Shown one piece after another: positions 7,905-15,709 of a stretch of DNA of 32,000 nt. This stretch comes from Candidatus Iainarchaeum sp. Lineage in GTDB: Archaea > Iainarchaeota > Iainarchaeia > Iainarchaeales > JAZDEL01. The position numbers were made by a program, and so were the translations under genes. Within the stretch, counting starts at the first letter, position 1; the number at the start of each line of letters is the position of its first letter. Location: NCBI GenBank assembly GCA_043808785.1, contig JAZDEL010000001.1, forward strand, positions 180,001-212,000, written 5' to 3'. The notes below the pieces were generated by a model. The model saw nothing but the letters and a program-made list of their open reading frames with translations, made no database searches and was not told the origin of the DNA.

Positions 7905-8094
7905 TGCCGCCACCTATGATTTTCAGCGCCTCAAGTTTATTCAGTATTTTTGCCCCCAGCGCAGTCCCGCCCCTTATCTCCCGGTATGCCACATTCCACG
8001 TGATGGGCTCGTCATCCACAACCAAAACTATCTCTTTTCTCACATTCAAAGGGAGGTCGGCATATATCTGCATAAATCTTTCTGCAGCGCCCAT
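7891..8094 (-). CDS. small hypothetical protein (paralog of 7707..7904)
   Basis: 67 aa starting at the ATG at 8094, preceded by GGCGTGGTG. The product is MGAAERFMQIYADLPLNVRKEIVLVVDDEPITWNVAYREIRGGTALGAKILNKLEALKII.... The segment EIRGGTALGAKILNKLEAL aligns with EVRQGSKIGEKIIEIQLSYL in the next gene. Confidence 0.6.
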   Translation of the reverse strand: MGAAERFMQIYADLPLNVRKEIVLVVDDEPITWNVAYREIRGGTALGAKILNKLEALKIIGGGNGNK

Positions 8095-8178
8095 TACACC
8101 ACGCCCAAACGCATCACGGCAACTTATATTGATATGAAGCAGTATTTAAACCCTTTTTGCACCCGCCAGCAGGCAGGC

Positions 8179-8817
8179 TCACTTCCCCGCGTTCGCGCCC
8201 GCTGGCCATTTCTTCTTTTCCTTAAGCAGCGCGGGCGCCCCCGCGGCAATCACATACCCTATTTCGAAGCCCGCCATTGCGACTATGTAAATATACTTCC
8301 CGAGCGCAAAGCCCGCGATTATGCACGCGAGGGGGAGCAGCAGCCTGCTCCCGAGCGCGAACTTCACAAGCGCGTTCGTTTCCTCGCCCCTCTTTTCAGC
8401 CCTATCCCCCCTGTCGCTCAGCGCCTCGTCGAGCACCGCACAAAGCAGGAATGCGGCAAAAAGCGGGAACTCGATTTCGGGAATCCCGAGGAAAGCAAGC
8501 GCGGCAATTATTGCAGCAACACCGAACTGGTGCGCCTTGTCGACCTTCCCGTAAACGAGCACCGCAGCAACAACCGCAAGCCCCCATGTCATTGTCTCGG
8601 TTTTCAGCGAAAGCACGACCCCCAGAAGCAGCCCGTATGCAAGCGCAAGCGCGTATGCAACCCTCGCATCCGCCTTAATCCTGCCGTCGGAAAGGTCGTC
8701 GGCAAACTTCACAAGCGCGCCCGCGATGAAGGTGAGAAGCACTATATTCGCAAAAACGAAAAAGCTGTCCGCGAGCGCGGCAAGGGAAGCGATAAAATAT
8801 GCGATTGTGTATTCCAT
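8179..8817 (-). CDS. polytopic membrane protein with two Asp-rich motifs
   Basis: 212 aa with about 6-7 hydrophobic helices. It carries KFADDLSDGRIKAD and AVLDEALSDRGD motifs. No family recognised with confidence. Confidence 0.7.
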   Translation of the reverse strand: MEYTIAYFIASLAALADSFFVFANIVLLTFIAGALVKFADDLSDGRIKADARVAYALALAYGLLLGVVLSLKTETMTWGLAVVAAVLVYGKVDKAHQFGVAAIIAALAFLGIPEIEFPLFAAFLLCAVLDEALSDRGDRAEKRGEETNALVKFALGSRLLLPLACIIAGFALGKYIYIVAMAGFEIGYVIAAGAPALLKEKKKWPAGANAGK

Positions 8818-8896
8818 CCCCGTGCCCCCTTTGCAATCCCCGTCCTTATTCCACTATGCGCCGATTGCAATTAAAATATACCCTTTCCCCCGTGAG

Positions 8897-9062
8897 CAGG
8901 GTTCGGCGCAATTACGGCGCCCGAAGGCATGCGCAACAACCGCCCCCGTGCCCGTTCAGGGTTAGGCGCAGCCGCAACAACTCCCTTCCCACGCGCGGGG
9001 TTCCGCGCAATCACAATTGCCCCCGCACCCACGTTGCCCCCGCGCGGGTTCGGCGCAGTTAC
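8897..9062. repeat. four degenerate copies of a GGGTTCGGCGCA-type intergenic motif
   Basis: The copies are cagggttcggcgcaattac (8897), cagggttaggcgcagccgc (8957), ggggttccgcgcaatcac (8997) and cgggttcggcgcagttac (9045). Spacing is irregular at 60, 40 and 48 nt. The last copy overlaps the dys stop codon. Confidence 0.7.
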
Positions 9063-10012
9063 AGTTCTCCCCTGCCCCTCAGCGCCCCAAGCATCAGCGG
9101 AAACGCTATTGTGGCGTCGCAGTTAACCGTAACGCTCCTCCCGTGCTCCTTTAATTTTCCCCAGCTTTTCGCCTCGCGCGTCTGCGCGCCGCTCAATGAG
9201 CCGTCGAACTCCTGCGCGGTTGTGACATAAACCGCGTAATCCAGCCCCGAGCGCAGGATGTTCGCGCCGATTATGTGGTGCTTCGCAATGCCGCCGCCGA
9301 GCACGATTGCGCCCGTGCGCCCGGCATTAAGCACCAGATTTGCGAGAGTTTTCATGTCCCCTGTTACATCGCACGCAAAGTCGGGCTTCCTCTCCTTGAA
9401 AAAATACATCTGCAGCCCTATTGCGCCGTCCGTAATGCCCGGGCAGAAAACCGGTATTCTATTCTTCGCGCACCAGTAAAGGAAACTGCCTTCCGCGGCC
9501 TTCCCCGCTTCCCCGCCGAGCTTCGAACCAATGAACCCCGCCAGCCGCGACGGGTTTGTTGTTTTGTTTTTTTTGTAAACTTCTTCGAGCCAGCCCTGCA
9601 CCTTCTTCTCAAGAATTTCGAACCCCCTGTCCCGCACGAAAATGTTGCCTATCCTGTTTATTCCTTTTTTGTGCAGCGCGGCATCGTCCGCGCTGAACTC
9701 GCCCATTTCGTAAGGCATGAAGCACTTGATTATGTCGTGGTCTATCGCCCCCGCGGTTGTGACGATTGCGTGCACCTTCTTCTTCCTGCACAGTTCCGCA
9801 ATATTTCCCCTCACTCCGCTCGCCACAAGGTTAGCGGTAAACCCGAAAAAAACAGTGCATTCTTTGTCCGCGAGCATTTCCTGCGTGAGTTCCGTGCCCT
9901 GCGCCAAATGCGAAGCCTGGAAGCCCGCGCTGTGCATGGCTTTAACCAAATCGCCAGCGCCCGCGGAACCGGAACTAAAATCCGTTATTTTTTGGTTTTT
10001 GTTTTTCTCCAT
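9059..10012 (-). CDS. dys: deoxyhypusine synthase
   Basis: 317 aa. LGGGIAKHHIIGANILRSGLDYAVYVTTAQEFDGSLSGAQTREAKSWGKL matches the conserved DHS C-terminal region (GGGVxKHH...AVYINTAQEFDGSDSGA...SWGKI). Confidence 0.9.
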   Translation of the reverse strand: MEKNKNQKITDFSSGSAGAGDLVKAMHSAGFQASHLAQGTELTQEMLADKECTVFFGFTANLVASGVRGNIAELCRKKKVHAIVTTAGAIDHDIIKCFMPYEMGEFSADDAALHKKGINRIGNIFVRDRGFEILEKKVQGWLEEVYKKNKTTNPSRLAGFIGSKLGGEAGKAAEGSFLYWCAKNRIPVFCPGITDGAIGLQMYFFKERKPDFACDVTGDMKTLANLVLNAGRTGAIVLGGGIAKHHIIGANILRSGLDYAVYVTTAQEFDGSLSGAQTREAKSWGKLKEHGRSVTVNCDATIAFPLMLGALRGRGEL

Positions 10013-10025
10013 ACAAGCACCATGC

Positions 10026-13004
10026 CTATTTCACGACCTCAATAGCAAACTCCCTTTCGAGCAGCTTCTCCTCCCAACGGAACCCCTCTTGTTTTCCGCC
10101 CTTTAACTGCACTAGCTTGGTGTTTGTCTCCTTCTCTAGCCTCTTGCCGTATTTCTTCAGGAACCCGGCATCCGAGCACGCAATCCTGAGTTCCGCTAAC
10201 TTCTGCGGCATTAACCCTGCCTGCTTCCTCGCATCCTGTATCCGCCTGCGCAGTTCCATAAGTTCCCACTCCTCGCGCATCTGCGTGTCGGAAGCGATGT
10301 TGAGGTAAAGCACAAGGTTGTCGTTCACGGCTTTCTCAGCATACTCACCCTTTGGCTTACTCCCGCCTTTCTTCTGTTCAGCAACCTCCCCCACGTTAAC
10401 CATCTTCGCGAGGATGTTTTTTGTTTTTTTCAGTTCCGTGCCTTTCTCCGTGGCAACAACAAGTTCCTTCAGCGGCCAGCGCAGCCTCAGCTTCTTCTCC
10501 TCGCGCAGTGCGAGCGCCTCCTGCGCGAGCGCCATTGCAAGCTCCATCTCCTTCTCCAGCGCAGCGTCAATCATTTTCTTGTCAACCGCAGGCATTCCCG
10601 CTAAGTGCACGGATTCGGGCATCTTCCCGGAGCGCGCGTGCTGGTAAATATATTCCGTAACATGTGGAGTTATAGGGGAAAGCAAACGCAAAAGCGTGAA
10701 TATGCAGTTGTTGAGCGTCGCTTCCACCGCCTTCCCGCTTTTGCCCCTTACCCTCTCCCTAACCAGTTTTATGTAAGTGCGCGACAAATCATCAACAACA
10801 AACCTTTCGATAAGCGCCGCCGCCTTCGACGGCACATAGCCGTCGTAAGCGTCAAGGGCCTCGCGCACGAGCGTGTTCAATTTGCTGAGTATCCACTCAT
10901 CCTCAACCTCAAGCCCCTTTGCAGGCTTCATCCCCAAATCAAGCGCAAGGTAAATGCTCACGTAATTGTAAGTGTTCCAGAATGTGTTGAAAAACCTGCC
11001 TATGTCCCTGAACGCCTCCCAGTCGAACGTTATGTCCGCGCCCTTGGAGTTGAGCACAAGGTAATGCCTGAGGTAATCGACATTATATTTCTCAATAACC
11101 TCCATCGGCTGCACAACATTCCCCGCGCTCTTGCTCATCTTCTTCTTGCTCACGTCGAGCACCATCCCGTGCACCATTACGGCTTCGTAAGGGAGCCTGT
11201 CGAAGCATATAATCGAGCATATCGCCTGCGAGTTCCACCATCCCCTGAACTGGTCAGTTGCTTCGGTGTTGAATTCCGCGGGCCACCACTTCTTGAAAAG
11301 GTCCGTGCGCAAAGGGTAATCCAGCGCGCCCCACGAGGAAACGCCCGAATCGAACCACACATCCATTACCTCCGGCACGCGCCTCATTTTGCCCGCGCAT
11401 TTTTTGCATTTGAAAACCACATCATCAATCTCCGGCTTGTGCAGGCCGAGGTTCTTAGGAAGTTTCGCAAGTTTGCCCAACTCCTTCATGCTCCCCACAA
11501 CAACGCGCGCGCCGCATTTTTCGTTCTCGCAGACCCAAATAGGCAAGGGCGTTCCCCAGTACCTCTGCCTCGATACAGGCCAGTCGCCTATGCTTTCGAG
11601 CCAGTTCTGCATCCTGTCGCCCATGAATGCGGGCACCCAGTTTACCTTTTTGTTCAGCGCAAGCGCGCGCTTCTGTATATCGCTTATCTTGAAGAACCAC
11701 TGCGGAATGCTCACCATGAGCAAAGGCGTCTTGCACCTCCAGCACAGCGGATAATCGTGCGTGTAAGGGTGCTTATACACCAGCGCGCCCTTTGCCTCCA
11801 AATCCGCAATTATCTGCGCGTCAATTTCCCTCGCCCTTCCGCCCGCGTACTTTCCCGCCTCCGCGGTAAGTATGCCGTCAATCCCCACAGGGCACAAAGC
11901 AGGCAGGCCGTTTTCCTTCCCTACCTCATAATCCTCCCTTCCGTGCCCCGGTGCCGTGTGGACGAGGCCTGTTCCCGCATCAAGGTTCACATACCTGCCG
12001 CCGGGGACAACGCGCCTCATGCCTTTGAGTTCGGGTTTTTTCCCCTGCATTTCCTCGGCAAGCGCCTCCTCGTATTCCGTTCCCGCGAGCTCGCTCCCTT
12101 TCCAAACCTTAACCTCGCGGTATCCCGCCTCGGCGGCATCCATAATCCCCTGCAGGAGTTCCTTTGCGAGAATCCAGTGTTCGCCGCTGCTGAGTTCGAC
12201 CTCCGCATATTCATAATTCGGGTGAACCATTATTCCCGTATTGCCCGGCAAAGTCCAGGGTGTCGTTGTCCATATGATAAAGTAGCGGTTCCCCTGCCCC
12301 GAACCGGCGGAACCATGGCCTTTTGCGTTTCGCGCGCCCGAACCATTTTCCTTTCCCGAACCCCTTTCCTTTATTTTGTATTTCACATAAACCGACATGT
12401 CCGAAAGTTTCGTGTATTCGATTTCGTTGTACGCAACCGCGGTCTCGCAGCGCGGGCAGATGTGAACAGGATATTGCCCGCGGTAAAGCAGGCCCTTCTC
12501 CTCAGCGCTCTTGAATGTCCACCACACGGCTTCAATGTACTCGTTGCGCAGCGTAAGGTAAGGGTTCTCCCAGTCCATCCACACCCCCAGCATTTTATAC
12601 TCGCCGTTCTGCGTGCCTATGAACCTTGTTGCAAACTCCCTGCACTTCCTTACGAAATTCCCGACCCCGAACTTCTCTATGTCCTTCCTGTTTTTCGTGC
12701 CGAGTTCCTTCTCGATCTGGTATTCGATGGGAACTCCGTGCGTGTCATATCCCGCCCTGTCAAAAACGTCGAAGCCCCGCATGCGCTTGGCGCGCATCAT
12801 GCAGTCCTTGAGCACCTTGTTCAGGGCAGTGCCCATGTGTATGTGCCCTGTTGCATAAGGAGGGCCGTCCATCATGTACCATTGTTCCTTTTTGCCGCGG
12901 TTCTGCTTCCGCGCCTTTTCCGCAATCCCGCGCGCATCCCAGAAGTTCTTAACTTCCGCCTCCTTTTCGCGGGTGTAGGGCTCGAGGGGTTTTTTCACAG
13001 CCAT
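10026..13004 (-). CDS. ileS: isoleucyl-tRNA synthetase (archaeal type)
   Basis: 992 aa. GPPYATGHIHMGTALNKVLKD is the archaeal IleRS form of the HIGH region. WTTTPWTLPGN is the editing-domain motif and KMSKSAGN is the KMSKS loop. The stop lies 13 nt upstream of the dys start. Confidence 0.9.
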   Translation of the reverse strand: MAVKKPLEPYTREKEAEVKNFWDARGIAEKARKQNRGKKEQWYMMDGPPYATGHIHMGTALNKVLKDCMMRAKRMRGFDVFDRAGYDTHGVPIEYQIEKELGTKNRKDIEKFGVGNFVRKCREFATRFIGTQNGEYKMLGVWMDWENPYLTLRNEYIEAVWWTFKSAEEKGLLYRGQYPVHICPRCETAVAYNEIEYTKLSDMSVYVKYKIKERGSGKENGSGARNAKGHGSAGSGQGNRYFIIWTTTPWTLPGNTGIMVHPNYEYAEVELSSGEHWILAKELLQGIMDAAEAGYREVKVWKGSELAGTEYEEALAEEMQGKKPELKGMRRVVPGGRYVNLDAGTGLVHTAPGHGREDYEVGKENGLPALCPVGIDGILTAEAGKYAGGRAREIDAQIIADLEAKGALVYKHPYTHDYPLCWRCKTPLLMVSIPQWFFKISDIQKRALALNKKVNWVPAFMGDRMQNWLESIGDWPVSRQRYWGTPLPIWVCENEKCGARVVVGSMKELGKLAKLPKNLGLHKPEIDDVVFKCKKCAGKMRRVPEVMDVWFDSGVSSWGALDYPLRTDLFKKWWPAEFNTEATDQFRGWWNSQAICSIICFDRLPYEAVMVHGMVLDVSKKKMSKSAGNVVQPMEVIEKYNVDYLRHYLVLNSKGADITFDWEAFRDIGRFFNTFWNTYNYVSIYLALDLGMKPAKGLEVEDEWILSKLNTLVREALDAYDGYVPSKAAALIERFVVDDLSRTYIKLVRERVRGKSGKAVEATLNNCIFTLLRLLSPITPHVTEYIYQHARSGKMPESVHLAGMPAVDKKMIDAALEKEMELAMALAQEALALREEKKLRLRWPLKELVVATEKGTELKKTKNILAKMVNVGEVAEQKKGGSKPKGEYAEKAVNDNLVLYLNIASDTQMREEWELMELRRRIQDARKQAGLMPQKLAELRIACSDAGFLKKYGKRLEKETNTKLVQLKGGKQEGFRWEEKLLEREFAIEVVK

Positions 13005-13022
13005 TCAGGGCGCCTCCGAAAG

Positions 13023-13096
13023 TGGGCGTAGGAGGATTTGAACCCCCGACACTTGGTGTATAAGACCAATGCTCTGCCAGGCTGAGCTATACGCCC
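13023..13096 (-). tRNA. tRNA-Ile, anticodon UAU
   Basis: The reverse complement is GGGCGTA TA GCTC AGCCTGGCA GAGC A TTGGT CTTATAC ACCAA GTGTC GGGGG TTCAAAT CCTCC TACGCCC A. It has a 7-bp acceptor stem, a 4-bp D stem, a 5-bp anticodon stem and a 5-bp T stem (one G-T pair) with a TTCAAAT loop. The anticodon loop CT-TAT-AC gives UAU. No CCA is encoded. Confidence 0.85.
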
Positions 13097-13328
13097 GAAT
13101 GCATGAAGAAATGCAATAACTAACTGTGTAAAGAACAAATAAATAGTTTGTGGTTCCGCCGGCGCGGTTTGGGGTTGTGGCACATTCCGCCAACTGCGGG
13201 AAAAACAACAGGCTTGTGGTTCCGCGCAGCGGTTCAGAAGCAGGTGTGCGGGCGTATTTGATACCGCCCCCGCGTGAGTTCCAAAAATCCCGAAGCAGCC
13301 ATGTGAACCATTCTCCGCGGCGCGCGCA

Positions 13329-13679
13329 TCAGGCGGATGCCTTCCCGCTGACGTTGTTCTCCGTGTTGACTTCCCCGACTTCCTTCTCCGCTTCCTTGAA
13401 CTCGCCGTAGCGCCCTATGTTGAGCCTCACAGAATCCTTGAATGTAGATGTATAGCCGTTCGTTATCGCGTAGCTCTTGCCAATCTCGACCTTTTCTATT
13501 GCGTCGTCCCAGAGCGTGAGGAGCACGCTTCCTGTTGCGTCCGCAACAAGCGCCTCCGTAACCTTGTGCTGCGAATTGTCCAGCTTGCTCGTGACCTCGC
13601 GCACCTCGTTCTTCTCAAGCACCTTTACAACAAGGTCCACCTTCTTGGAGAACGGCCTGAGTTCAGCAACATTTCCCAT
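13329..13679 (-). CDS. ssb: single-OB-fold ssDNA-binding protein (crenarchaeal-type SSB)
   Basis: 116 aa. VDLVVKVLEKNEVREVTSKLDNSQHKVTEALVADATGSVLLTLWDD...ITNGYTSTFKDSVRLNIG parallels Sulfolobus-type SSB (VNVTVRVLE...ISEAIVGDETGRVKLTLWGK...IENAWTTAFKGQVQLNAG). Confidence 0.8.
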   Translation of the reverse strand: MGNVAELRPFSKKVDLVVKVLEKNEVREVTSKLDNSQHKVTEALVADATGSVLLTLWDDAIEKVEIGKSYAITNGYTSTFKDSVRLNIGRYGEFKEAEKEVGEVNTENNVSGKASA

Positions 13680-13943
13680 TTCAACCAGCCTTTTCGATTA
13701 TAATCAACTTCCCCATACAAATGGTTTTAAAGGTATTTATTCGCCTTTCGGCGTATTTACCCCCGAACTTCTCCCGTGCGCTCCGGCAGCGTTCGGCCCG
13801 CTGCCTGCAAAGGCTGTCCGCCTCCTGCGCCAAACCATTTGCAGCCCTGCGGCTAACCCTCCGCGCGGGGGCATAACCCGCTACTCGGGCACGTATGTAA
13901 ATAAATAAAAAAGAGAGGGGAAGGATTTCCCAGGCCCTTAATT

Positions 13944-14606
13944 TCAGAGCTTGTAGTCCTTCTTTATCTCCGTAGCCAACTGTTTGATATCCTTCCAGTA
14001 AGCCAGGCCGAAACCAATCCCCAGAACTATTGCCATCATCATGGCAAACGCAGTGAACGCGTTTACGAATGCCTGCTCAAGGACTGTTACATCCAGGCCT
14101 GCATTCCTCATCGCGAGCACAAGCGCAAGGTAGAGTATAAGGAACTCAAGCACCGCGCTGATTGTCTTCTTGTGTGCCATGTTGGTTGCAACTACCTTGT
14201 CCTTGACGAACTTCGTCAGCAACAGGCCCATCACAAGTATGAACGCGCCTGCAATGAACGCCGGAAGCCACTTTATCAGCTCTCCAAGGAACATTACCAG
14301 CGGCCCAAGGTTTATGACGTATACCGCAGTTTGCAGGAACAGTAGCACAGTGAACCACTTTACGAAGCTCCCTGTCAGCCTTGACAAGGGAACCCCGCCG
14401 ACAGCATCCTTCAGCTTGTGCTTGGCAGCCCATTCGTCGAGCTGAAGCATCTGCAGCAGTTTTGCAACCACTTGCTTTAGGATTGTGCCGATGATCCACC
14501 CCGCTATAATCAATGCAACTGCAGCGACAAGCCCGATTACGACCGTCGTAAGCCAATTGACAAGATAGCTAGGGTTTGATATCGTCTGTATAAGGATGTC
14601 ATCCAT
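13944..14606 (-). CDS. integral membrane protein (conserved-TM-helix repeat-like)
   Basis: 220 aa with about 5 TM helices. A GGTGAT box lies 6 nt upstream of the ATG at 14606, and TTTAAATA lies about 30 nt upstream. Confidence 0.7.
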   Translation of the reverse strand: MDDILIQTISNPSYLVNWLTTVVIGLVAAVALIIAGWIIGTILKQVVAKLLQMLQLDEWAAKHKLKDAVGGVPLSRLTGSFVKWFTVLLFLQTAVYVINLGPLVMFLGELIKWLPAFIAGAFILVMGLLLTKFVKDKVVATNMAHKKTISAVLEFLILYLALVLAMRNAGLDVTVLEQAFVNAFTAFAMMMAIVLGIGFGLAYWKDIKQLATEIKKDYKL

Positions 14607-14661
14607 CGGTAAATCACCGCATCTAAAAGCGCATTCTTCTATTTAAACCTTGCGGGTGCGG

Positions 14662-15213
14662 CTATGCGAGGTTAATGCCCATTATTTTTTTTCTCAGTTC
14701 GCTCATTGACGAGTTATTCGCAATCCTTATGTCCGCGCCCGCAAGAACTGTTTTCAGGCCCTTGTTCTTTTCATCCGCACTGTCGCGCGCGAAGAACTTC
14801 CCCCTTTCCGCGGGGTCGGCGTTGCTCCTGCGCGCAAAGCGCTTTTCCCCCTCCGCGTATATTTCAACAACCTTCGCGCCCGTGCGCACGCTTTTTATGT
14901 ATGCAACTTCCTCGGGCGACCTCGCGCCCGTAATCACGACCTTCCCTCCCGCGGGTATTTTTGCCGCAAGCATCCGCGCAACAATGCCCATCCCTTCCTT
15001 TGCCCTTAGTTCATCACCAAGCCCCGCCATCGCCTCTTTCGTCACCTGTTCGCCGCGCCTTTCAAGTTCCTCCGCAAGCACATCCGAAAGGTTGAATTTC
15101 ACATAGCCGAATTTTTCGCAGATTAAATAAGCGGCGGTGTCCTTGCCGCTCCTTGCAAGCCCCGCGATTATGAGCGTTTCGGGAAGCCCCTGCACGGGTT
15201 TATTTTTCTTCAT
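14662..15213 (-). CDS. P-loop nucleotide kinase-like protein
   Basis: Track ORF 14662..15288. The likely start is the ATG at 15213 (MKKNKPVQG...). The Walker A motif is IIAGLARSGKDT, in a small kinase-sized protein (dNMP kinase or dephospho-CoA kinase-like). Confidence 0.65.
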   Translation of the reverse strand: MKKNKPVQGLPETLIIAGLARSGKDTAAYLICEKFGYVKFNLSDVLAEELERRGEQVTKEAMAGLGDELRAKEGMGIVARMLAAKIPAGGKVVITGARSPEEVAYIKSVRTGAKVVEIYAEGEKRFARRSNADPAERGKFFARDSADEKNKGLKTVLAGADIRIANNSSMSELRKKIMGINLA

Positions 15214-15586
15214 TTTTCCCGCCTCCCTGCGTTGCGCTTCCTCCGCCTGCGCCTGACGTAACCGAACCAATCCCGCCGAGAATCGCAATCACCGCACTTA
15301 CTATAATATATGTGTAAATAAATACAACCGCCATCGCCGCAAGCGGGAAAGAATCGGGGAAGCAGTTACCTGCGCTGCACTCCGCAAGCCCGAAAATTCC
15401 GCCTCCCAGCGCCTCCGCGGCAAGCCTTAGCGGTATGTAAATCACGAGCACAAGCGCGAGCAAAGGCACTTCATAAACCCACGGGATGAAATAAGTCAGG
15501 GTTAGCAGCGCGCTGAGCGCGACTTTCCCGAGAGTAGGGGTGAGGAAATTTTCGTTGCCCATATTGACAAAATACTGCACAAACAT
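15200..15586 (-). CDS. small membrane protein
   Basis: 128-aa ORF with 3-4 hydrophobic helices and a Gly-rich tail. TTTTTAAA sits immediately upstream of the ATG at 15586. The ATG at 15562 (MGNENF...) may therefore be a leaderless start. The gene overlaps the next gene by 14 nt. Confidence 0.55.
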   Translation of the reverse strand: MFVQYFVNMGNENFLTPTLGKVALSALLTLTYFIPWVYEVPLLALVLVIYIPLRLAAEALGGGIFGLAECSAGNCFPDSFPLAAMAVVFIYTYIIVSAVIAILGGIGSVTSGAGGGSATQGGGKNEEK

Positions 15587-15631
15587 GATTTAAAAAATAG
15601 GGTTTGGACTTGTACAGGTTTTCCGTGCCGC

Positions 15632-15680
15632 AAAAAACAAAAAAAATAAGGTCGGGGGCGGTTACTGTTTTCCGCCCCCG
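15632..15680 (-). terminator. GC-rich hairpin plus oligo-T tract downstream of the thermosome gene
   Basis: On the minus strand: CGGGGGCGG-aaaacagtaa-CCGCCCCCG followed by ACCTTATTTTTTTTGTTTTTTG. Confidence 0.6.
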
Positions 15681-15709
15681 AATTTGAACAACTTCGCCGT
15701 GCAGAGGGT

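Noticed and set aside
8897-9062. Possible CRISPR-like array (repeated GGGTTCGGCGCA-type units)
   Set aside because: There are only four copies. They are degenerate, irregularly spaced (60, 40 and 48 nt) and short. There is no leader and no cas genes. The same reasoning applies to the 47-48-nt periodic TCCGTGATAAC boxes at 22845-22950, which are palindromic operator-like sites.
12285-12368. Gly/Ser-rich low-complexity insert (ERGSGKENGSGARNAKGHGSAGSGQGNR) in IleRS, encoded by three CCCGAACC repeats
   Set aside because: It lies in a surface loop region before the WTTTPWTLP editing-domain motif, which is variable in length among IleRS enzymes. It is probably a slippage-derived loop expansion of no special function.
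10605-13031. Very long plus-strand ORFs in the track (10605..13031, and also 640..1893, 7765..8874, 9275..10045, 16092..17102, 16109..17554, 19136..19849, 22038..22532)
   Set aside because: Each lies antisense to a minus-strand gene with a clear family signature (IleRS, thermosome, DHS, Fic and others). Their translations are low-complexity Arg/Pro/His/Leu-rich strings typical of shadow ORFs in GC-biased coding DNA.
13740-13900. GC-rich intergenic stretch with hairpins (GCAGCG-ttcggcc-CGCTGC; CTGCAAA...TTTGCAG), considered as a small ncRNA
   Set aside because: It has no C/D or H/ACA box sequences and no tRNA, 5S, SRP or RNase P-like features that I could recognise. It may simply be a terminator/promoter spacer between the membrane protein gene and ssb.
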